Shown here piece by piece: positions 41,155 to 48,542 of a DNA stretch of 64,000 bases. Made by a program: the position numbers and the translations under genes. Origin of the DNA: an uncultured delta proteobacterium. Lineage in GTDB: Bacteria; Desulfobacterota; BSN033; UBA1163. Under the pieces are notes generated by a model. That model saw only the letters and a program-made list of their open reading frames with translations, did not search any database and was not told where the DNA came from. The stretch lies in contig CAWHBU010000003.1 in assembly GCA_963827685.1 (NCBI GenBank), positions 416,001 through 480,000 of the forward strand. Direction: 5' to 3'. Each line of letters starts with the position of its first letter. The stretch's first letter is position 1.

Positions 41155-42373
41155 GATATGACCGGGATGTGATTGTGGTGGGAGGAGGGCCCGCAGGCTC
41201 AATGCCGCCATCAGAGCCCGATGGGTCAAGAGATACAAGGTCATCCCTTGTAGCACCCTTCTGGTTGAAAACTCCTACCTCGGTGGCTTGGCGAGCTGGC
41301 AGGGATGTCTCTTTACTGGCCCCTCATGGAAGATAAAGGGAAAAGATATTGTCCATCGCCTCCTGAAGGATATAAAGAGTCTGGAGATAGGAGTCCATCA
41401 GGGAAGAGTAAACCGGATCAACCTCCAGGGCGAAATAAAGGAGGTCTTCACCTCCGATGGAAAGGTCTTCCGCTCATTAGCAGTGATCATTGCCACCGGG
41501 ATTAAGGTCCTTGTCAACGAGAGAGACTATCTTGGCCGCGGTCTTGAAGTGACCAGTATGGGTTATGAATTTATCGTCTCTCATCTCAGGAAACTTCTCA
41601 GCAAAAGGTGGAAACCGAGACTGGTCATCGTGGGAAGTTCCAAGCTACGAAATCTTATCCCCTTGATTAAAGATCTAAACACCGGTCGATTTCCCCTCCT
41701 ATTCGTCATAGAAGGAAATGGGGAAGGACAGGGAGAAGAAAACGGAGACATCGTTCGAGGCTGGGTGGAAAGATATTGGGGGAATGAACAGCTTCAGGGA
41801 TTAACCCTTCAAACACCCAATGGGACTCGTAAAATAACATGCGGGAAAGTCCTCTTAGATTTTAACTCCTACGAACTTACACCTATCTGGCGGTTAGGGA
41901 TAGCGACTGAGGATACGAGTTCCCCTTTTATCAAAGTGGATCAGGATATGCAGACAACCATTCCAGGTTTATTCGCTGCTGGAGATGCGACTTCAGGTGG
42001 TTACAACTCTTTCTCCAGGGCAGTCTCCCAGGGGATCGCTGCAGGTCTGAGCGCTTACCGTTATGTCTATCAAAAGAAATTCGGCGTCTCTCCACCACTC
42101 TTTGCCTATCGGCCGACAGATTTTCTTATTTCATCCCACTTCCAGGAGCTTCCTTCTCTGGATGAAAAGCTTCTTCCAATGTCCTTGGTTTCCAAAAAAG
42201 AGATTAAGGCTGCCTTAGGGAAAGGCTGGTCATGGTTAGAAGAGAATCTTCGAGGGAGGTCCTCTATTCAGAAAATGGCTGAAGAGAGAAAAATCCCTTT
42301 AGAAGATTTCAAGAGGGTGTTAGTCCATTTAGTTGAAAAGAAGATGATCACCTTCCATATTGATCGAATGTGA
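41151..42373 (+). pseudogene. TrxB-like FAD oxidoreductase with a 1-nt frameshift near 41197 (or a sequencing error)
   Basis: VIVVGGGPAG in one frame continues as LNAAIRARWVK... in the frame of ORF 41288-42373; TTIPGLFAAGD motif. Confidence 0.8.
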
Positions 42374-42398
42374 ATCCTCCCTGGGGTTAATGTTTTTT

Positions 42399-42454
42399 GT
42401 AGCGTCGGCATTTAATGCCGACGGGATTTCGCCCCCAATAAATGGGGGCGCTAC
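42399..42454. repeat. GTAG-type REP doublet (REPIN-like)
   Basis: GTAG-CGTCGGCA-TTTAA-TGCCGACG then inverted GCCCCCA-ATAAA-TGGGGGC-GCTAC. Confidence 0.65.
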
Positions 42455-42509
42455 TACGAATTTTCTCCCCTTTAGAAGAGGAGGGGATGGGGGATATGGA
42501 GATAGAAGA

Positions 42510-43628
42510 ATGAAGGAGTTGCCCAAAGAGATACTGGATCTTGACGAAATGATCCTGTCCTATATCCGGAGGGGTGCGGATCATCGGGACTCAGAAGAGT
42601 TCAATCGCCTTGCCCTCCGGGTCTTCGATCTCCAGTTTAAATATATCTCTATCTACAGACGTTACTGCGAGAAGCGTGGGAAAAACCCGGAGAATATTTC
42701 TTCTTGGGACCAGATTCCCGCTCTCCCCACAGATGCCTTCAAAGTAATGGAGCTCGCCATGCTTCCCTCCCATACGGTGCGGACTTTTATGACCAGCGGG
42801 ACGACAAATCCCGAGGAAAGGGGAAAAGTCAATTATGATGAAGGAGGACTCAGGCTCATGGACGCCACCATTTATGAAGCCGCCTCTGTCTTCCTCTTTC
42901 CCGACCGAATTAAGACAACCATTCTGATCATCGCTCCCTCCCCTGATATCGTCCCCTATATGATTATGGCCTATGGGATGAATCGATTGAAGAACAATTT
43001 TGGATCCCCCCAGAGTCGTTTTCTTATAGGCAAGGAAGGCTTCGACATTAGCGTACTGATTGATGAGCTACGCCGTTCTGAAACAGAGGGTTTTCCAATA
43101 ACGATCTGCGGGGCCTCTTTCGGCTTTGTCAATGTCTTCGATACCTGCCGTGAGAGGAATGTAAAGTTCAGACTTCCCCCAGGTTCTCGCACGCTCGACG
43201 CCGGAGGATTTAAAGGAAAAAGCAGAGAAGTGAAACGAGATGAGTTCGTCAACGATTGTGAGGAATTCCTCGGGATCGCAAAGGACTATTGTATTAATCT
43301 TCTGGGAATGACAGAAATCAGCTCTCAGTTTTATGACAATACCTTGAGGAATGCCCATAAGGGAATGAATATCCCAAAAGCCAAGATCAACCCTCCCTGG
43401 ACAAGAACCCTGGTGGTCGATCCGGATACCCTGGAACCTCTTCCCCCAGGAAAGATCGGTCTGCTCCGACACTTTGACCTTGCTAATAGAGGGCATATCC
43501 TGGCCGTTCAGACCGATGACCTGGGAAGAATAACTTCAGAAGGGTTTGAGATCTATGGTAGGACCAAAGAAGGTGAGGCAAGAGGCTGTTCTTTGACGAT
43601 CGATGAGATGACCCAAATAAGAACTTGA
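42510..43628 (+). CDS. LuxE-like acyl-protein synthetase
   Basis: IPALPTDAFK, FMTSGTT, GGFKG, GMTEISSQ, QTDDLG, ARGCS; start at MKELPK. Confidence 0.85.
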   Translation: MKELPKEILDLDEMILSYIRRGADHRDSEEFNRLALRVFDLQFKYISIYRRYCEKRGKNPENISSWDQIPALPTDAFKVMELAMLPSHTVRTFMTSGTTNPEERGKVNYDEGGLRLMDATIYEAASVFLFPDRIKTTILIIAPSPDIVPYMIMAYGMNRLKNNFGSPQSRFLIGKEGFDISVLIDELRRSETEGFPITICGASFGFVNVFDTCRERNVKFRLPPGSRTLDAGGFKGKSREVKRDEFVNDCEEFLGIAKDYCINLLGMTEISSQFYDNTLRNAHKGMNIPKAKINPPWTRTLVVDPDTLEPLPPGKIGLLRHFDLANRGHILAVQTDDLGRITSEGFEIYGRTKEGEARGCSLTIDEMTQIRT

Positions 43629-43699
43629 AGGTAGAACGTGGAATGTAGAGTGTAGTCTTAACAATCAGTCTATAATTGTATAGACACTCGCCCCTGTTT

Positions 43700-43811
43700 T
43701 GTCATTCCTGGCTTGACCAGGAATCCAGTCTTTTCTCTGGATTCCCGCTCCCCGATCAGAGCCTGCCCCGGACTTGATCTGAGGTCGAGTACAAGCTTCG
43801 CGGGAATGAGA
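43700..43811. repeat. GTCATTCC...GGGAATGA palindromic MITE/REP with nested insert
   Basis: GTCATTCCTGG..CCAGGAATCCAG..CTGGATTCCCG..CGCGGGAATGA. Confidence 0.7.
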
Positions 43812-43894
43812 CTATGTCTTGCCAATTATGGACCCCTTAGTAACTACTTTCCACTCTCTACTGGCTACTCTCGAATTTATCAAAAGGAGATTTG

Positions 43895-45352
43895 ATGGAG
43901 ATCATCGAAGTAGATGCATACTACCTTCCTCCAGGTTTTAGGTCCCAGGTGAAAGACTTCAGAACCGAGGTCTATCAGGACGAAAACATCACGATTCATC
44001 TAAAAATCCCTCTGATCAGCAGATCTTTAGTCGAAACCCTGACCCATCAACTTAAGAAGAATAGAGAAGCATACCTCGCCAGCCTTCCTATTAAGCGTAT
44101 CATCGATGTCCTTGATGAGGCATCTAGGAAGTGGCTGGAAAGAGATTATCTGCTTCGGAATCTCGCGCTCAAGACCATACCTGCCATCACCCATTTCTCT
44201 CGTGAGGTGGTGGAGGCAAGTATCGATGTGGAGATGGAGAGTTCCTTGCGGGAGGACATCTGGCGTGCCCTCTGCTCTGAAATCAAAAATCCTCTCTTTC
44301 TTGATGATTTTCAATACTCCCCGGAGCTGGCGGGTTATAGCCGGGCTTTTGGCCCGAAGCTCATCATCTCCGTCTTCTCTGAGAATATTCCTGCCCTACC
44401 CCATCTCCTCTTCATGAGGGCGGCCCTTCTGAAGGCCGCTTGTCTGGGAAAAGTGGCCGCAGGAGAGCCGACCTTTGCTCCACTCTATCTCAAGACGATC
44501 GAAGAGATCGATCCGGATATGGCTGAATCCATGTCTGTCCTTTACTGGCGGGGAGGAGAAGAAGAGATTGAACAGGCAGCCTTTCATCAAGCCGATGCCG
44601 TCATCATGTTCGGCGGCGTAGAGGCTTGTGAATCCCTCAGAGAGAAGATCCCCCGGGGGGTGAAGGCTCTTCTCCATGGCCACAAGCTGGGCTTTGGAAT
44701 CATCGGCCGGAAGAGATTGTGTCGTCAAGGATTGGAGGAGCTGGCAGCCTCTGTTGCATACGATTGCTCTATGTTCGACCAACAGGCATGCCTCGCTCCC
44801 CATATCTATTATCTGGAAGCAGGGGGTGAGGTCTCTCCAAAAGAATTCTGCCAAACCCTGGCGGAAGCCATGGAGCGTTTAAATCTAAAGATGCCCAGAG
44901 GGAAGATTTCCCCCGGGGAGGCGTCGGCCATCCATCAGCTCAGAGCCAAGTATGAGTTCAGGGAGTTAAATGGCGAGGAAGTTCTGTTGATCGCCTCTCC
45001 CCATGGAACAGATTGGACGGTCATCTATGAAAAGGACCCAGGAATCTTCTCTCCCTCTTTGTTGAATCGTTTCATCCGGATCTGCGGGGTGGAAGATATC
45101 TTCCAGATACTGCCTCCCCTAAAGTCTATCGCTCCTTATTTGCAGAATGCAGCCGTGGCTATCAGGGATGAGCGTGAAAAGGACTTTATCAGGAGATTGG
45201 GGGAGTTGGGGTTGGCTCGAATTACTTCTCCTGGAAAGATGCCCGTCCCCTCCATGATGTGGCATCATGATGGAATTTCTCCTTTGGCCTCTTTGCTTCG
45301 ATGGTGTGATGTGGAGAAGAAGGATCGGGAAGGTGACACGGAAAAGAAATAA
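43895..45352 (+). CDS. LuxC-like acyl-CoA/acyl-protein reductase
   Basis: NIPAL, FGG, HGHKLGF, FDQQACLAP (catalytic Cys), WHHDG. Confidence 0.88.
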   Translation: MEIIEVDAYYLPPGFRSQVKDFRTEVYQDENITIHLKIPLISRSLVETLTHQLKKNREAYLASLPIKRIIDVLDEASRKWLERDYLLRNLALKTIPAITHFSREVVEASIDVEMESSLREDIWRALCSEIKNPLFLDDFQYSPELAGYSRAFGPKLIISVFSENIPALPHLLFMRAALLKAACLGKVAAGEPTFAPLYLKTIEEIDPDMAESMSVLYWRGGEEEIEQAAFHQADAVIMFGGVEACESLREKIPRGVKALLHGHKLGFGIIGRKRLCRQGLEELAASVAYDCSMFDQQACLAPHIYYLEAGGEVSPKEFCQTLAEAMERLNLKMPRGKISPGEASAIHQLRAKYEFRELNGEEVLLIASPHGTDWTVIYEKDPGIFSPSLLNRFIRICGVEDIFQILPPLKSIAPYLQNAAVAIRDEREKDFIRRLGELGLARITSPGKMPVPSMMWHHDGISPLASLLRWCDVEKKDREGDTEKK

Positions 45353-45374
45353 TCGAGAAGGAGAGAGAACAACC

Positions 45375-46550
45375 ATGCGTTATTCCATAGCAACCAATTG
45401 GGATTTCGGTTTACTGGAGAGGCTGGAGGGAACTTCTGTTCAAAGCCTCTACGGACAGATGTGGAACGACCCTCTGGGGGGCGGGCGGATGGCCCTCTTC
45501 ATTCCCAAAGTGGGAAAGAAAGAAGTGGCCTCCTTTATCGCCGAGGGGCGAAAGAGAGGTCTCAGTTTCAATTACCTCGTCAACGCCACCTGTTTTGATA
45601 ATCTGGAGTTCACCAAGAAGGGATATAAGAAGATCGTAGAGCACATCGAATGGATCTCCTCGACTGGGGCCAACATGGTCACGGTTACCCTGCCCTTCCT
45701 TCTCCAGATGGTAAAGAGGGATTTCCCGCACCTAAAGGTCTGCGTCTCCTCTTTTGCCCGTATCCAGAATATTCACCTCGCTCATTACTGGGAAGATTTG
45801 GGAGCGGATAAGATCATCCTTCCCGAACTGATTGGCCGTGATTTTCGGGCCCTGCGCTCCATCCGGGAGGCCGTCGATTGCGAGCTTGAGCTGATCGCCA
45901 ATCACTGCTGCCTCTTTCAATGTCCTCTCGATCTCCACCATCGGAATATGGTTTCCCATGGCTCGCAGGAGGGTCATCCATGCGGAGGTTTCGCACCGGA
46001 CTACTGCAAGCTTGCCTGCCAGCGCCTGAAGCTGTTTCGGCCTGCTGAATTGATCAAGTCCCGCTGGATACGGCCTGAGGATGTGTCCGATTACGAGGTC
46101 ATGGGAATAGACTGTTTGAAGCTCATAGAGAGATTCAGGGGAACGGAAAGCTTAGTTCAGATTCTCAATGCCTATGAGCGAAAAAGCTATAAAGGAAATC
46201 TGGTGGAGCTCTTGTCACTCCCCCAGCAAGGAGCCTTCCTATCACCCAATATGGAAGTCCTCCAACGAACCGACCTCATCGAGCCTGAGGTTATGGAAGA
46301 AGCGATGGAAGTCCTCAAGGAGCCTTTTCCCGGAAAAGTCTTTATCGACAACTCGAAGCTGAACGGCTTTCTCGACTATTTCAAAAAAACCGACTGCTTT
46401 CACACAGATTGCAACCGCTGCGGTTATTGTGAACAGATGGCTTCCAAGGCTGTCTCCATTGATGAAGAATGGAGAAAAGAGATGATTTCCAGATTTGAGA
46501 AGGCCATAGATATCTTAATCACAGGAGAGATCGCTGGTTTCGGACAATAA
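45375..46550 (+). CDS. U32 family Fe-S protein
   Basis: FNYLVNATC, ELIANHCCLFQCP, YCKLAC, WIRPED, LKLIER, C-terminal CxxxxCxxCxxC. Confidence 0.85.
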   Translation: MRYSIATNWDFGLLERLEGTSVQSLYGQMWNDPLGGGRMALFIPKVGKKEVASFIAEGRKRGLSFNYLVNATCFDNLEFTKKGYKKIVEHIEWISSTGANMVTVTLPFLLQMVKRDFPHLKVCVSSFARIQNIHLAHYWEDLGADKIILPELIGRDFRALRSIREAVDCELELIANHCCLFQCPLDLHHRNMVSHGSQEGHPCGGFAPDYCKLACQRLKLFRPAELIKSRWIRPEDVSDYEVMGIDCLKLIERFRGTESLVQILNAYERKSYKGNLVELLSLPQQGAFLSPNMEVLQRTDLIEPEVMEEAMEVLKEPFPGKVFIDNSKLNGFLDYFKKTDCFHTDCNRCGYCEQMASKAVSIDEEWRKEMISRFEKAIDILITGEIAGFGQ

Positions 46551-46683
46551 ACCCCGTTAGAAACTCCAGTCGTTGCGACTCGAAACCGAGCGGGGCATTA
46601 AACCCTGCCGGAATTATTCTAAAATCTAACCCCGCTACAGCGGGACTGCAGAGCAGCGGAGCATTATTTCTAACGGGGTAAAC
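46548..46683. mobile_element. MITE with CCCCGTTAGAAA...TTTCTAACGGGG terminal inverted repeats, copy 1
   Basis: Perfect TIR, TAAAC on both sides, homologous to 52234-52362. Confidence 0.8.
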
Positions 46684-46754
46684 GGACATAAACCATCAGC
46701 CTCGGTAGGACGCCAGGAACCCTTCATTGATAAGAAGGTCAGAAAAACTTTTTA

Positions 46755-46814
46755 CCCGCCCACCTCTCCGAGGCGATTCAATACCGCAGCTTAGATAGGA
46801 ACCTTATTGCCTGA
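46755..46814 (+). repeat. comM 3'-end direct repeat, copy 2
   Basis: Encodes [19 protein letters not shown]. Confidence 0.95.
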
Positions 46815-46889
46815 CGATAGAAAATTCGATTCTATTTACAAATCGATAAAAAATCTCTATATTATAGGTAAATACAGGAGGAACGAACG

Positions 46890-47120
46890 GTGAGAACAGA
46901 AAATCTCAAGACAAGGGCAAAGAGATTGCTTGATCATTTGTCGGAGGATAAGGCAAAAGCAGCTGTTTCCTTTTTGGAATTTTTGGAAGAGAAAGAGTGT
47001 TGGGAAGCCACCAAAGAAATTCTTAAGGATAGAATATTGATGACAAGCATCCAAAAGGGAAAAGAAGACATTGCTAAAGGGAGAGTGAAGCCTTGGAGAG
47101 AGGTCAAAAAAAATGTTTGA
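46890..47120 (+). CDS. Antitoxin
   Basis: 76 aa, GKEDIAKGRVKPWREV C-terminus, overlaps the toxin; TTTACA-17-TATATT promoter at 46835-46863. Confidence 0.75.
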   Translation: MRTENLKTRAKRLLDHLSEDKAKAAVSFLEFLEEKECWEATKEILKDRILMTSIQKGKEDIAKGRVKPWREVKKNV

Positions 47121-47373
47121 GGTTTATCTCTCCCACGAAGCAGAGAAAATCTACCTCAAGGCCAATCCGAAGACAACCCGATTGCTTGATCATTGTTTTA
47201 AAAATCTCGAAGACTCACCTTTGTTTGGGCCGAATATCAAGCGTCTAAAAGGTGGACTTGAAGGGAGTTTCCGTTACCAAATGGGAGGACTGCGAGTCAT
47301 CTATAGCGTGGATATAGAATTAAAGAAAATTTTTATCGAAACCATTGGCCCCAGAGGGGATGTATATAAATAA
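47113..47373 (+). CDS. RelE/ParE family toxin
   Basis: IKRLKG, FRYQMGGLRVIYSVD, IGPRGDVYK. Confidence 0.88.
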   Translation: MFEVYLSHEAEKIYLKANPKTTRLLDHCFKNLEDSPLFGPNIKRLKGGLEGSFRYQMGGLRVIYSVDIELKKIFIETIGPRGDVYK

Positions 47374-47397
47374 AAATGATGATTAAAGAGTCTCCAA

Positions 47398-47457
47398 CCC
47401 GCCCACCTCTCCGAGGCGATTCAATACCGGACTTTAGATCGAAACCTCATTTCCTGA
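47398..47457 (+). repeat. comM 3'-end direct repeat, copy 3
   Basis: Encodes [19 protein letters not shown]. Confidence 0.95.
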
Positions 47458-47466
47458 CCGCCCCCC

Positions 47467-47928
47467 TCATACCATTTCCGGTTTCAGAAGCCAGTCCACT
47501 GCCCATCTTCCGGGCTCCTTCTTTTCCAGACATAAGATGGCGCTGTATCGAAACAGGACGGCCTTTGAACCCTCGTCCCCGCAAACAAGAAAGGAGGCAA
47601 GCTTCTCCAAGAACGGCAGGTGGCCGACAACCATCAGGTCCTCCGCCTCTCTGGATATCCGTTCGACCCACGGACGGACGTCATCGTTCGGATTGAGCCC
47701 CTGGCCAACCTGAGCAGACAGACCTAAAGCCTTCGCAACGATCCCAGCGGTCTGCTCGGCCCTCCTCTTCCCGCTGTGATAGATTCTTGAAGGACGAATG
47801 CCCAGCCTTTTTGCGGCGCTAGAGATTTCGCTCGTCTCCTCTTCTCCTCTAACTGTCAGTGAGCGTTCCGGATCTTCAGCTTCGGACCTGGCCTCTCCGT
47901 GCTGCATGAGATAGAGTCTCACAGACAT
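47467..47928 (-). CDS. sixA: Phosphohistidine phosphatase
   Basis: LYLMQHGEA, HSGKRRAEQTA, VGHLP. Confidence 0.9.
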   Translation of the reverse strand: MSVRLYLMQHGEARSEAEDPERSLTVRGEEETSEISSAAKRLGIRPSRIYHSGKRRAEQTAGIVAKALGLSAQVGQGLNPNDDVRPWVERISREAEDLMVVGHLPFLEKLASFLVCGDEGSKAVLFRYSAILCLEKKEPGRWAVDWLLKPEMV

Positions 47929-47981
47929 CACCTCCCTGCAAAACAGTATACCACGTGCCCTTAGAAATCTTAACCTTTTAA
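47874..47981. repeat. sixA 5'-end/promoter direct repeat, copy 1
   Basis: Matches 63849-63957. Confidence 0.92.
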
Positions 47982-48242
47982 GTATCCTGCTCTAATTGCA
48001 AACAGAGACTAATTAGAATCACGCACGCGGCGATTTACTCAATCCAGTCCCGTTCCTGCACGGCCAGACTTAAAGTTCCTAACCATACCCATTTTAACAC
48101 GTCATGCTTTCGTTCCATTGATCAAATAGTTGACAAAATTTGTAATCCTTCAGGAGAATTTCAATTTTCGGTTCACATTAAGAATTACCAAAAACCTTTA
48201 TAGCTCAAATAGTTGCAGAGCGAGATTTCGGAAATTCTCTTT

Positions 48243-48258
48243 TGGCATATATCTTGCG
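48243..48258 (+). promoter_or_regulatory. Sigma-54 promoter with upstream IHF-like sites
   Basis: TGGCAT-ATATC-TTGCG; TCAAATAGTTG at about 48122 and 48206. Confidence 0.7.
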
Positions 48259-48331
48259 AAGAATAAAAACGAGAAAAACTAAAGCAAACTCTTTGAAATC
48301 AAATTAACTCCGCAGCTCGAGGAACAAAACG

Positions 48332-48505
48332 ATGAAAGATGATGAAGTTTTAACCACCGATGAGGCAATCCGTTATCTAAAAATCTCTAGACCCACGTTT
48401 CTGAAATACATTCGTCTTGGAATAATCAACGCCATCAAAGCAGGAAATGGTTTTAGAGTTCTCCATTCAGAATTATATCGATTCTTAAAGGGAGAGGAGA
48501 AATAA
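48332..48505 (+). CDS. 57-aa excisionase-family (HTH_17-like) DNA-binding protein
   Basis: MKDDEVLTTDEAIRYLKISRPTFLKYIRLGIINAIKAGNGFRVLHSELYRFLKGEEK; GAGG RBS; below the ORF-track cutoff. Confidence 0.85.
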   Translation: MKDDEVLTTDEAIRYLKISRPTFLKYIRLGIINAIKAGNGFRVLHSELYRFLKGEEK

Positions 48506-48542
48506 GAGGACTAAATACTACCTGTTTTATGGGCTTAACAAG

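Larger units (their letters stand above)
36266..46814. mobile_element. Genomic island A inserted at the comM 3' end (biosynthetic cluster)
   Basis: Bounded by comM 3' repeat copies 1 and 2; no integrase seen. Confidence 0.7.

Noticed and set aside
42510-45352. Bioluminescence (lux) operon
   Set aside because: No luxA, luxB, luxD or luxG; luciferase needs O2 and the context is Fe-S/B12 chemistry
475-45352. Functional link between the AGPS-like enzyme and LuxCE-derived fatty alcohols
   Set aside because: About 40 kb apart in separate contexts; nothing in the sequence links them
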